Assembly (NCBI GenBank): GCA_964016885.1
Contig: OZ024749.1
Span: forward strand, 18,476,001-18,540,000
Source of the DNA: Eledone cirrhosa
Taxonomy: Eukaryota
DNA length: 64,000 nt
Reading direction: 5' to 3'
Position 1 is the first letter of the stretch. Every line of letters begins with the position of its first letter. Position numbers and translations under genes: made by a program. The notes beneath the pieces are model-generated. The model searched no databases. It saw only the letters and a list, made by a program, of their open reading frames with translations, and was not told the DNA's origin. Shown here in pieces: positions 31,402 through 46,190 of this stretch.

Positions 31402-33891
31402 CTAGCTAACAGGTTTAAAGTAGAAGAAAGAGCTTAATATTTGGTGGGGGCAAGAGGAAAATATCTCAGACTTTCTATTTAGTAGAGGGCATTTAGCAAA
31501 TATAATAGAGTGGGATTCGGCAAGGCATAGGTTACATACTCTATTATGAGGAGTATATGGATGGGATTTAGCAACCTGCCGCCAAGTAAGTGTGTAATGT
31601 GTTCGTGCATTTTTTAAATTATGGACGTACGCTGCCAAGGAGGTGGAGTTCCTCAGTTTATTATGTCTAAAAGTGCATTGGTGAGAGTTAAACCTGGTCT
31701 TAAATGGGGTGGAGGTTGATCCTATATAGGTTTTAGTGGACGCCGTAGTTACCACATCACACGCATAAACTATGTTTCTAACAAGGCAGAAACCATTCAG
31801 GGGGCAGCCTGAAGCCCTTCTACAGTTACAACCTCTGGTGATGCTATTCTCAGAATGATCACCACTTGTGTTTCTGCCCACTCTGTCCACTACCGTGTTT
31901 TCCCCTAGGCTTAGGTTGTCCAGGCCTTCCTTTATTTTCTTATTATTAGTAATGGCCAGATGAGAGGCCAGATTTTGGGTTGTAGAATACGAAAGTTTAA
32001 CAACATTCTTATTGAGGATAGAGTGGTACCTATTACCAGGAGGGAAGTTCCTTTCTAACACAGAGAAGAAGGCCCTAGGAATATTTATAGCCACTTCAGA
32101 ATTAAAAGGGGGGTTGAAGTATGTATTCAATCTTCTTCTATTCTTTTTATTCTTTCTATTTCCATCACTATTATTAGCATTATTATTTCTACGGTTACTA
32201 TGCTCACCTAGTCTATGCGGGGAGCTGCGAGGCCTACCATTGCTATTACTTAGACTAATGGTGCCCTGCTGGTTCATTACACCGGCATTTAGAAACCTCC
32301 CACTCGCGACACCTCTATTGCTATTACTTAGACTAATGGTGCCCTGCTGCTTCATTCCACCGGCATTTAGAACCCTCCCATTCGCGACACCTCCATTACC
32401 AATGGACATATTATGTGTTATAACAACACTGGTAGAGCTACTATTAGGACTATTATTTCCCTGGGTGTAATACAATTTGTCCCTAAAGCCGGATCTAGCT
32501 AAGGCATCATTATAGTAATCAGCCTGCGAGTCAAACGCCTCCTCACTATGTGAGAGTGAACTTATTCTGTTAGATACGCCCTTCAGTATACCGCTGATGA
32601 CCGACCTAGGGTGGTTAGAGTTGGTATTCACGTAAGTCAGCAATTCATTAGGCTTATGGTACGGTGTGTACGTATGGTTATCCAAGTCCAATGTAACATC
32701 CAGGAAGTTCACAGTTCTATCATTTATATCCATAGTAATGGATAGGTTAAATGTTTTAAAAAAACTATGCAGCTTTTTCCTAATGCGCACTATATTATAC
32801 TTACTAGTATCTATGGAGAGTAGGGCGTCATCCCGGTACAACCCGCCCCTAAGGAAAGGGAAGTTACTATGCAGTTCATTGAGGAGGTATAGCCCAACTA
32901 AGTCGGTGACTTGAGCAGAGTCACTCGACCCCATAGTAATGTCAAAATTATCAGGTGTGTTTTTTCTCGTCCATAGATTATCCTCAAACATGATAATGGT
33001 TTTACGTGCAGCGAGAACAATATCTATCTGTGGCCTTGTAATTGCCCCCCTCTGCATGGCTAGGATGAGGGCCTTATTGAGGATAATAGGAGATATAGAT
33101 GTATAATAAGCATCAATATCAAATTGGATGAATTTGAGTGAGTCACGACCACAATCCGTAGAGAACCACCTAATGACCTCACTAGTGTTACCCCAAAGCT
33201 CAAGGAAAGTTTTTTCTCTAACCAGGGGAATAACGCCATCCAAGATTCCCTTACTAATAATCCCCAGGTCAGACTTGGAGGGGCAGATAAGCCTAACTGA
33301 GGGTCTGCTAATAAAATCTTCCTTGTGGTCCTTGAGGGTGAATCTAGGCTGCTTGGGGTAATAAGGCTGAGTGTGTTTATCCAGACCTAGTTTTACCACT
33401 ATGTTATACCCCTCCAGATTAATGTTATCTAAATTACTCTGCGTTGTTTTTTTGTAGTTCCTATGTAGTTCATTATAAATGAAGCCTCGATAGGTTTTAT
33501 AATCCATACTATATAAGTTTTTAGTTTTGTCAGAGGGGACCAGAATGGATTTATTATCCCTAAAGTCCCTAACGATTGAACTTAGTTTACTCTGAAATTT
33601 ATTGGTACATCTAGATTTTTTATATCTAATATTCCTAACAAGGGATAATAGCTCACTTTCGAAGTTATCCAACAGGCTATTATGCGGGGGGCTCCTATAG
33701 GTCTTAAATCCATAATTATTAAAACTACGCCTCTCTTCAGGGCTATCATACTTCTTATCAAAATGGAACGCACGCCACCGAACACGTTTTACGAAAGAGT
33801 TTATGCTAGTTATCAGTGATTTCTCATATGAGATTTTAGGAGGGGTGGGAATATTCTTCAAGGAAATGGGTAAGTATGTCTTTGTTAGCAT
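31402..33891 (-). CDS. Intact PLE polyprotein: reverse transcriptase + GIY-YIG endonuclease (Naiad-like), ~829 aa from the ATG at 33891
   Basis: Uninterrupted ORF with [85 protein letters not shown] and LLNRKSEIFSSCPH. Confidence 0.93.
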   Translation of the reverse strand: MLTKTYLPISLKNIPTPPKISYEKSLITSINSFVKRVRWRAFHFDKKYDSPEERRSFNNYGFKTYRSPPHNSLLDNFESELLSLVRNIRYKKSRCTNKFQSKLSSIVRDFRDNKSILVPSDKTKNLYSMDYKTYRGFIYNELHRNYKKTTQSNLDNINLEGYNIVVKLGLDKHTQPYYPKQPRFTLKDHKEDFISRPSVRLICPSKSDLGIISKGILDGVIPLVREKTFLELWGNTSEVIRWFSTDCGRDSLKFIQFDIDAYYTSISPIILNKALILAMQRGAITRPQIDIVLAARKTIIMFEDNLWTRKNTPDNFDITMGSSDSAQVTDLVGLYLLNELHSNFPFLRGGLYRDDALLSIDTSKYNIVRIRKKLHSFFKTFNLSITMDINDRTVNFLDVTLDLDNHTYTPYHKPNELLTYVNTNSNHPRSVISGILKGVSNRISSLSHSEEAFDSQADYYNDALARSGFRDKLYYTQGNNSPNSSSTSVVITHNMSIGNGGVANGRVLNAGGMKQQGTISLSNSNRGVASGRFLNAGVMNQQGTISLSNSNGRPRSSPHRLGEHSNRRNNNANNSDGNRKNKKNRRRLNTYFNPPFNSEVAINIPRAFFSVLERNFPPGNRYHSILNKNVVKLSYSTTQNLASHLAITNNKKIKEGLDNLSLGENTVVDRVGRNTSGDHSENSITRGCNCRRASGCPLNGFCLVRNIVYACDVVTTASTKTYIGSTSTPFKTRFNSHQCTFRHNKLRNSTSLAAYVHNLKNARTHYTLTWRQVAKSHPYTPHNRVCNLCLAESHSIIFAKCPLLNRKSEIFSSCPHQILSSFFYFKPVS

Positions 33892-34690
33892 ACTGCCTGA
33901 TAATATACAAGGACACAAATCCACGTATATCAAAGTTTAAGCTCAACCAGTGGGAGCCGTATAGTATACTAGGGAGAGGATCAGGGGTGTATAACACTCC
34001 ACTTATCCAGCAGGCAGTATAAAGTTAGCTCGATGTCTGAGGACAGAGCCGTGATATAATAAATAACAAAGAACGCCTATAGCATATGCATATCTTTACT
34101 TGCTAACATTGTTTCATCCGCACTATAAGTGGCTCTCATCAGAGCATAAAGGTTAATTACATACCATACAAGCAATAACAAATCCAAGACATTGAAGAAT
34201 GAAAAATAATAGAAGATAAAGGATATTAAGGAAGTAAAAGTAAAAATAAGAATAAAAATAAAAATAAAAATAAAAATAAAATAATAAAATAAACAATGAA
34301 AAATAAGGGGTGCTATCAGTCACAGTTGGGCGGGGTGCTGTCAACATATAGTTACATACAAGCATACACATGGATAAGAGAACAGACAAGAGTAGATAAG
34401 ATAGATAGGATTAGGTAAGAGTAGGTAAAACATAGGTGAAAAACAGACTTATAATACATATAAGAAAATATAAAGAAATATATAACAAACTTACATATAG
34501 AATATAAAATATACAGATAATAGTGATACAGGGTAAGGAATGAAATAAAATAATATAAAATTAAAATAAAAATTATATAAAATAGAACATAGTATAATAT
34601 AATCATAAAATAAGATAAAATAAGGTAAACTAAAATAAAATAAAATAGACTAAAGTAAAATAATATAATATAAGATATAATTAAATGTAA

Positions 34691-34726
<36 letters not shown>

Positions 34727-34764
34727 AATTAAATAAATAAATAAAATTAAAATTAAAATTAAAT

Positions 34765-34796
<32 letters not shown>

Positions 34797-35470
34797 GTAA
34801 ATAAATAAATAAATAAATAAATAAATGAAATTAAATAAGTAAATAAATAAAATTAAATTAATAAAATTAGATAAAATGAAATGAAATAAAATAAAATAAA
34901 ATGAAATAAAGTAAATTGAGATAAGATATATATTTTTTTAGAATATATCTCTTGAATATATCAGGGGCCCACGAAGGCACTAAGTGTCACAGTTATCTGT
35001 ATCACTTGACCATTCTTATATATATATATGCACGTGAATTCTCCTACCTTCCTTCGATGCACCTCTGTTTGACCATTGGACTCCTGCCCGGGTGTGAACC
35101 GGTTTGTGATTACCCCACCGCTCAACTGTGTGAATGCACACCCGTGACTTTCGAGTGAACTTTTGAGACTGCCCAACCTGGGACGCCTCCATTGCCTTGC
35201 AATGGTCAAGTAATACTGGTGACTGTGACACTTAGAGCCTTCGTGGGCCCCTGATATTTTCAAGAAATATATTTTAAAAGAATGGTCAAGTGATACAGAT
35301 AACTGTGACACTTAGTGCCTTCGTGGGCCCCTGATATATTCAAGAGATATATTCTAAAAAAATATATATCTTATCTCAATTTACTTTATTTCATTTTATT
35401 TTATTTTATTTCATTTCATTTTATCTAATTTTATTAATTTAATTTTATTTATTTACTTATTTAATTTCAT

Positions 35471-35501
<31 letters not shown>

Positions 35502-35502
35502 C

Positions 35503-35534
<32 letters not shown>

Positions 35535-36078
35535 TTACATTTAATTATATCTTATATTATATTATTTTACTTTAGTCTATTTTATTTTATTTTAGTTTAC
35601 CTTATTTTATCTTATTTTATGATTATATTATACTATCTTCTATTTTATATAATTTTAATTTTAATTTTATATTATTTTATTTCATTCCTTACCCTGTATC
35701 ACTATTATCTGTATATTTTATATTTTATATGTAAGTTTGTTATATATTTCTTTATATTTTCTTATATGTATTATAAGTCTGTTTTTCACCTATGTTTTAC
35801 CTACTCTTACCTAATCCTATCTATCTTATCTACTCTTGTCAGTTCTCTTATCCATGTGTATGCTTGTATGTAACTATATGTTGACAGCACCCCGCCCAAC
35901 TGTGACTGATAGCATCCCTTATTTTTCATTGTTTATTTTATTATTTTATTTTTATTTTTATTTTTATTTTTACTCTTATTTTTACTTTTACTTCCTTAAT
36001 ATCCCTTATCTTCTATTATTTTTCATTCTTCAATGTCTTGGATTTGTTATTGCTTGTATGGTATGTAATTAACCTTTA

Positions 36079-36124
36079 TGCTCTGATGAGTCCCACTTAT
36101 AGTGCGGATGAAACAATGTTAGCA
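36079..36124 (+). ncRNA. Type-I HHR of family B (also 29145-29190 and 34101-34146 on the minus strand)
   Basis: TGCT-CTGATGA-GTCCCACTTATAGTGCGGAT-GAAA-CAATG-TT-AGCA. Confidence 0.82.
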
Positions 36125-36161
36125 AGTAAAGATATGCATATGCTATAGGCGTTCTGTTATT

Positions 36162-36252
<91 letters not shown>

Positions 36253-36319
36253 ACATATATATATTTATATATATATATATATATTTATATCCCTAAAAGG
36301 GTAAAAGGGATATAAATAT

Positions 36320-36356
<37 letters not shown>

Positions 36357-36365
36357 AATATATAT

Positions 36366-36398
<33 letters not shown>

Positions 36399-36403
36399 AA
36401 TAT

Positions 36404-36436
<33 letters not shown>

Positions 36437-36441
36437 AATAT

Positions 36442-36494
<53 letters not shown>

Positions 36495-36497
36495 AAT

Positions 36498-36550
<53 letters not shown>

Positions 36551-36613
36551 AATATATATATACATATATATATAAATATATATATAAATATAAATATATA
36601 TATAAATATAAAT

Positions 36614-36646
<33 letters not shown>

Positions 36647-36691
36647 AATATATATATATATAAATATATATAAATATATATATATATAAAT

Positions 36692-36722
<31 letters not shown>

Positions 36723-36809
36723 AATATATATATATATAAATATATATATATATAAATATATATATATATAAATATATATATATATAAATATATATATATA
36801 TAAATATAC

Positions 36810-36906
<97 letters not shown>

Positions 36907-36909
36907 AAT

Positions 36910-36986
<77 letters not shown>

Positions 36987-37004
36987 TATATATATATAAA
37001 TATA

Positions 37005-37967
37005 TGTAGATAAATCTACCAAGAGTTTACGGTAGTGTCCAATCTGTATGAAGAACTCAATGTATTCCGGATATCATGGAAAGAAGAGATGTAATGAAAA
37101 ATCACTTTCGGTGAAAGATAAACGGAATACAGAGTCAAGATAAAATATTAAACAAATAATGAATAAAACAATGAAACAGTTCCTTATATTAAACAAAAAA
37201 AGTTCATTATTTAACGATCGTTTCTAGGATATATATGTGTTAGAATTGGCATGCATATTCAACAGATCTATGTACAAAATTATACAAAATTATACAAACT
37301 ATCAAGATTAAATATACATACCAAACACACATATATGCCGTCTTCAGAAATAATGAAATATATTTATTGATAATAACAACAATTCAAAATTTCAGGTCCG
37401 TTTGGGAACGGAGTTCAAAATTGACCAATGAAAATACAAAAAGTTTTATGCAGTTTGGTGTGTGTATATACATGTAACTAACCCCGTACACATATTTATA
37501 CAAAGATATATGCTCAACATGCATACGCATGCCAAAAAGATGTATGCAAATACAAAAATTCAAGGCTAATGTCTCTGTAAGCTTATAATCCACAGATAAA
37601 ATGCGTATAGACACATAAATATGAAATAAGTGTATACACATATTCTCATACTCACACATATCCGTACACTCACACACACGCGCGCGTATATGCATAAACA
37701 TACACATAATTACGAACATACATACACACACACACCCTCACACACATATATATGTGGATATAATATTATCATAAGCACATGGATATTAATTCACTCACAT
37801 AAACACTGCCACACACATTTAGATCAAGATACAGAAATTAGGTGGGGGGGGGAGAGGTCAGTATTCAACTGTTTGGGCAGACTGCTTATTTATAGATGTA
37901 TCTATAAACTTAGAAATAAAAAGAAAAGAAAAGAAAAAGAAAAAAGAAAAAAGAAATATATCAAGAA

Positions 37968-38021
<54 letters not shown>

Positions 38022-38091
38022 CACTCATCTACACATACAACACACACACACACACATATATAAACATATACATATATATATACACACATAT

Positions 38092-38132
<41 letters not shown>

Positions 38133-38496
38133 TACACATATATACACACACACATATATAGACACACATATATATACACATACACGCACATATACATACT
38201 TATATACATACAGACATACACATACATACATATATATACACACATATACATACAGACATACATATATACATACACACATACACACATACATACACACACA
38301 TACATACTCATACATAGACATAGATATATATTCACCCACACATACGTACTTATATATACGCATATATACAAATACTTACGCATCCATATATCGGTATATA
38401 CATACAAACACCACTACACTCTCACACAACTCAGACATACAAAGAAAAAGGTATATACATATACACATATACACATACAAATAGAGATACATATAC

Positions 38497-38531
<35 letters not shown>

Positions 38532-38722
38532 CATACATATATACACATATATATACATACACATACATACATGTACACACACATACACATACATACATAC
38601 ACACATACACACATACATATATAGTCACACACACACACACACCTACACAAACATACACATACACATATATAAAGATATATATACACACACACACATACAC
38701 ACACACACATATATATAAAATA

Positions 38723-38780
<58 letters not shown>

Positions 38781-39615
38781 TACACATATATGTACATACA
38801 TACACATACATACATACATATACACACATACATATATATATATACACACATACACACATACATACATACACACACACATACATACACACACATACATACT
38901 CATACATAGACATAGATATATATTCATACACACATACGCACTTACATATACGCATATATACAAATACATACGCATCCATATATGCGTATATACATACAAA
39001 CACCACTACACTCTCACACAACTCAGACATACAAAGAAAAAGGTATATACATATACATATATACACACATTAATAGAGATACATATACACATATATATAT
39101 ATATATATACACATACATTTATATATATACCCACACACACATACAACCATAAACACACATACAACCACATACATACACACATATATACATATATATACAC
39201 ACACACAAAAACACACATACACATATATATTTTTACACATATATATACATATATATACATATACACACCTTCACATATATACATATACACATAAGTTATA
39301 TTATAATAATAAATAATATATATATACACATACGAATATATATATACACACATAGATATACATATATATATATACACACACACACACTCACATATAAATG
39401 TGCGCACACGTACATATATACACATACACACATATACACATAAACATATACATGTGCATACATGTACATACACACATATACCGACATAGATACGAAGATA
39501 GACATATATATAGAGAGACATACATATACATACACATATATACATACACATACATACACACATATATATATATATACACACACATACACGCCCACACACA
39601 TATACACATATACAC

Positions 39616-39648
<33 letters not shown>

Positions 39649-42600
39649 TATATACACATGCATATATACACATATATATATATACATATATATATACACA
39701 CAATCATACATTCTTATTTGCATGCGCATATATGTATTTTTATACTCAGATATAAACACCCAAACATATATACACCTACCTACATATATATTCATACATA
39801 CACGCTTACAAACACAGATGATAATAGTATGGGGGAAAGGGGGGGTGGAGAAGGGGATTATAGTAAATATATGTTTCAAGAAACATAGAATATTAATCTG
39901 TATTTGGATCTCAATATATGTTTTTACATAGTTTCAGTGTTAGGAAATGCAAGAAATAAGGCAAAATTATGCATTTCAAAATAAGTATACCATTAATTAT
40001 ATGTTAACTAAACTAAAGATAGTTAACATATTGATTTCTAAGGTGTAAATTAGTTAGGTTTATAATATTTGAAGCAGAATTTTGAAGTTAAATAGTAGTA
40101 GAGTATTAATTATAGTATAACTAAATTAAAGTTATTAACGTTATGGTATCAATATTAGGAAATGAATTTAGTAATAGGGAAAAAACAAATAAAGTATTAC
40201 ATCGGTAGTAGAATATAAATTATAGGTTAACTAAATTAAAAATTATATATTAATTTCTATAGTATATGTTAATTAGGTATATAATAAATAAAACAGATAT
40301 TGTATTTTATCAATAGCAGAATATAATTATATGCAAATAGAAATCAAAATTAATACATATACATATACATATACATACACATATATATATATATATATAT
40401 ATACACATATTCATACATACATACACATACATATACATACATACATATACATATTTTTTCAAAAATTGCAAAGAATATATTAACTAGGTATACATCCAAA
40501 ACACATCCCATTCTATGATTACATGACACTCTGCAATCCGTCTGTATTAGGATACTAATTTTAAGCCAATTAAATTAAATTTTTAGCTTTTTCATTACAT
40601 CTCTTCTTTCCATGATATCCGGAATACATTGAGTTCTTCATACGGATTGGACACTACCGTAAACTCTTGGTAGATTTATCTACATAATTTTGCTCCTATT
40701 TTCACGGAAATATTCGTATTTTTGTACTGTATGTGTGTATTAATTTTATATTTATGTATATACATATATATGTATGATTTTGTAAACCCATATACATTTA
40801 GTTGAGCTCTTTCAATTGTCCATCATCCATATCACAATGGAAAAACAATATTTGGGAACCTCTTTAAAAAACATACCAATACCTTCTAAGGATGACTTCT
40901 TACTCCTTATGATTCAAAAAACTAATAATTTTATCAGAAGGGTTAGATGGAGGGCCTACCACTTCGATAAAAAATCTAAACAAGCAGATCGGAAATATAT
41001 GTATGATTTCAATACTTACAAGAATCCACCACACAACTTTTTACTTGAAGACTTCGAGAAAGACCTTTTTAATTTAATTAAACACCTCAAATTTAAAAAG
41101 TATAAATCCGTCTTTCAAAAGGACCTTGATTCTACCCTATTGGACCTAAAAAAGTCTAAAAAAATCCATGTCCATTCGGACAAAACTGGTAACTTGTATC
41201 ACATGGATATTGAACATTATAATGAGTTCATATATAAAGAACTCAGAAAAAATTATAAAAAATCTAATAATGCGTCACTCACCAACATCAACAACAAAAC
41301 ACACAACATAGTAAAAAAACTAAACATTGAAGATAGAACTGAACCTTTGGCATTGAAAAGACCACACTTCAACCTGAAGGATCATAAATCAAACTTTAAC
41401 TCAAATCCTTCTATAAGACTTATATGTCCCTCCAAATCAGATATTGGAATAATTAGCAAAAATATTTTGGATAGAGTCATCCCACAAATAAGAAAACACG
41501 TTATTTTACCACTCTGGGAAAACACCTCCCAGGTAATTAACTGGTTTAAAAATATTAGATGTAAATCTTCTGCTTCATTTCTACAATTTGATATAGATAA
41601 TTACTATTCTTCTATATCACCTATACTCCTGAACAAAGCATTGATATTTGCTAAAAATAGATCTAACTTAACTTTGGATGACATTAATATTATTACACAT
41701 GCTAGACTAACACTTATTGAATTTCAGAATGAATACTGGACCAGAAACACATAATTACTGATCTTGTGGGCCTCTTTCTCCTTTTCAACATAAATGCCTC
41801 CTTTCCCCACCTTAAAGGTGGTTTATATCGTGATGACTGTCTTCTTCTTTCTAACAACCTTAGCCTTTCAGAAATAGAAAAAAACAAAAAACATATTAGA
41901 ACTTTCCTTAAAGACTATTATAATCTTCATATTACTTTTGAAAAAACAAGTAAAGTAGTAAATTTCCTAGATATAACTTTAGATTTAGCTACGGGTATCT
42001 ACCAACCTTACCATAAACCAAACCAAAACTTACATTACATACACTCACAATCTAATCACCCTAAATCTATCCTTAAAAACCTTGCATATAATATATCACT
42101 TAGAATTTCTAACCTTTCTTCTAACCAAGATGTATTTGATAAAAATGCGACCTTCTATAACGAAGCTCTAGATAGAAGTGGCCACAAAAATAGATTAGAA
42201 TATATACCTTCTACTAAAAATACTAAAAGCATACAACCTAATATTACCAACAAACACCAAATGAAAAGTACACACCTAAATGCCACCCACACTATACCCC
42301 AAAATACCAAATCTTCTAATATAAAATATAGTAACTCTCAAAAAACTACTCATCATACAACTCTAATAAATATTAATAATAAAACTCCTAATAAAAAAGA
42401 TAAAACACCTAAATCTACAAATATAACTAAAAATGGTTGTGGTGAGATCATTAACATTAATCCTCCTAGTAAACATCACGATACAACCTATAAAAATCAT
42501 AAAAATAATAAACAACATAGAAACCGTAATAGACGGGTTACTTGGTATAATGCTCCATTTAATTTACAAATTAAGGATAATATTGCTAAAAAATTTTTTT

Positions 42601-43737
42601 ATATCCTAGAGAAAAACTTCCCGCCAAACCACAAATACCATCAAATCTTAAATAGGTCTACAGTTAAATTCTCATACTCAACAACAAATAACATAAAACA
42701 AAATATAAGTACCTATAATGCATATAAATGTAAGAAAACCATAAGTATACCACCAATACATCAAATTAACCATAATATCTCCTCAAATACAGAATTAACG
42801 AAAGGTTGTAACTGTAGAAACAAAGCAAACTGCCCATTAAAAGGGAATTGTCTTGTTAACAACATAGTCTATAACTGTAATGTTAAAACTAAAGATTCTA
42901 TTTGCTCATATATAGGAGCTACTTCTAACAATTTTAAGACAAGGTTTAATACCCACAAGCATAGTTTTAAAAATGCCGCACTGGCTAATACAACATCTCT
43001 AGCAGAAAAAATCAATAGTTATAAAAATAAGAATATAGAATATGATTTGACCTGGAGTGTGCTCAAAAGAGCCACCCCTTATCAAAATAATAGAAATGAA
43101 TGTAGATTATGTTCCCAAGAACTATTTGAAATAATGAAATCTAAGGATATCCTATTAAATAAACGACAGGAATTAATTATATCGTGTAATCATAAACTAA
43201 AAAAAACATTTAAATATTATAAACCTAATTAATAACATTATTTTAGAAATTAATATATAATTTAATTTAAATGTTAGTTAACCTATAAATTTAATTTAAT
43301 TAAAATTCTACTACAGATGAGAATATAAAATATTGTGTAATCATAAATTGTGAAAAACCTTTAAATATTACTAATTTATACTTAGTAATTTAATTTATAG
43401 ATTAATTTTAATTTATTTAACCCTTTATTAAAATTCCTTTAGAGATAAAATATAACAAAATATCGTGTATCCAATGACAGAGAAATAATTTTTAGTATTA
43501 TAGACCTAATTAATATACATTTTAGAAATATATTTATAATTTTGTTTTAAATTTAGTCAACCTAAAAATTTAATTTAATTGGCTTAAAATTAGTATCCTA
43601 ATACAGACGGATTGCAGAGTGTCATGTAATCATAGAATGGGATGTGTTTTGGATGTATACCTAGTTAATATATTCTTTGCAATTTTTGAAAAAATATGTA
43701 TATGTATGTATGTATATGTATGTGTATGTATGTATGA

Positions 43738-43775
<38 letters not shown>

Positions 43776-45387
43776 ATGTATATGTATATGTATATGTATT
43801 AATTTTGATTTCTATTTGCATATAATTATATTCTGCTATTGATAAAATACAATATCTGTTTTATTTATTATATACCTAATTAACATATACTATAGAAATT
43901 AATATATAATTTTTAATTTAGTTAACCTATAATTTATATTCTACTACCGATGTAATACTTTATTTGTTTTTTCCCTATTACTAAATTCATTTCCTAATAT
44001 TGATACCATAACGTTAATAACTTTAATTTAGTTATACTATAATTAATACTCTACTACTATTTAACTTCAAAATTCTGCTTCAAATATTATAAACCTAACT
44101 AATTTACACCTTAGAAATCAATATGTTAACTATCTTTAGTTTAGTTAACATATAATTAATGGTATACTTATTTTGAAATGCATAATTTTGCCTTATTTCT
44201 TGCATTTCCTAACACTGAAACTATGTAAAAACATATATTGAGATCCAAATACAGATTAATATTCTATGTTTCTTGAAACATATATTTACTATAATCCCCT
44301 TCTCCACCCCCCCCCCCCCTTTCCCCCATACTATTATCATCTGTGTTTGTAAGCGTGTATGTATGAATATATATGTAGGTAGGTGTATATATGTTTGGGT
44401 GTTTATATCTGAGTATAAAAATACATATATGCGCATGCAAATAAGAATGTATGATTGTGTGTATATATATATGTATATATATATATGTGTATATATGCAT
44501 GTGTATATATATGTGTATATATATATATATATATGTGTATATGTGTATATGTGTGTGGGCGTGTATGTGTGTGTATATATATATATATGTGTGTATGTAT
44601 GTGTATGTATATATGTGTATGTATATGTATGTCTCTCTATATATATGTCTATCTTCGTATCTATGTGGGTATATGTGTGTATGTACATGTATGCACATGT
44701 ATATGTTTATGTGTATATGTGTGTATGTGTATATATGTACGTGTGCGCACATATATATGTGAGTGTGTGTGTGTGTGTGTATATATATATATGTATATCT
44801 ATGTGTGTATATATATATTCGTATGTGTATATATATATATTATTTATTATTATAATTTAACTTATGTGTATATGTATATATGTGAAGGTGTGTATATGTA
44901 TATATATGTATATATATGTGTAAAAATATATATGTGTATGTGTGTTTTTTTGTGTGTGTGTATATATATGTATATATGTGTGTATGTATGTGGTTGTATG
45001 TGTGTTTATGGTTGTATGTGTGTGTGGGTATATATATAAATGTATGTGTATATATATATATATATATGTGTATATGTATCTCTATTAATGTGTGTATATA
45101 TGTATATGTATATACCTTTTTCTTTGTATGTCTGAGTTGTGTGAGAGTGTAGTGGTGTTTGTATGTATATACGCATATATGGATGCGTATGTATTTGTAT
45201 ATATGCGTATATGTAAGTGCGTATGTGTGTATGAATATATATCTATGTCTATGTATGAGTATGTATGTGTGTGTATGTATGTGTGTGTGTATGTATGTAT
45301 GTGTGTATGTGTGTATATATATATATGTATGTGTGTATATGTATGTATGTATGTGTATGTATGTACATATATGTGTATGTATATGTG

Positions 45388-45426
<39 letters not shown>

Positions 45427-45616
45427 GTTTATTTTATATATATGTGTGTGTGTGTATGTGTGTGTGTGTATATATATCTTTATATATGTGTATGTGTATG
45501 TTTGTGTAGGTGTGTGTGTGTGTGTGACTATATATGTATGTGTGTATGTGTGTATGTATGTATGTGTATGTGTGTGTACATGTATGTATGTGTATGTATA
45601 TATATGTGTATATATG

Positions 45617-45657
<41 letters not shown>

Positions 45658-46015
45658 GTATCTCTATTTGTATGTGTATATGTGTATATGTATATACCTT
45701 TTTCTTTGTATGTCTGAGTTGTGTGAGAGTGTAGTGGTGTTTGTATGTATATACCGATATATGGATGCGTAAGTATTTGTATATATGCGTATATATAAGT
45801 ACGTATGTGTGGGTGAATATATATCTATGTCTATGTATGAGTATGTATGTGTGTGTATGTATGTGTGTATGTGTGTATGTATATATGTATGTCTGTATGT
45901 ATATGTGTGTATATATATGTATGTATGTGTATGTCTGTATGTATATAAGTATGTATATGTGCGTGTATGTGTATATATATGTGTGTCTATATATGTGTGT
46001 GTGTATATATGTGTA

Positions 46016-46060
<45 letters not shown>

Positions 46061-46132
46061 ATATGTGTGTATATATATATATGTATATGTTTATATATGT
46101 GTGTGTGTGTGTGTTGTATGTGTAGATGAGTG

Positions 46133-46190
<58 letters not shown>

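Larger units (their letters stand above)
29004..36169 (-). mobile_element. Full-length Naiad-like PLE family B: 3'UTR/pLTR (29004-31401), ORF, upstream partial-tandem pLTR (33960-35017) and inverted arm (35028-36169)
   Basis: 33960-35017 is a direct repeat of ~29004-30080, and 35028-36169 is an inverted copy of ~29097-30330 with a small deletion. Flanked by (TA)n. Confidence 0.93.
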
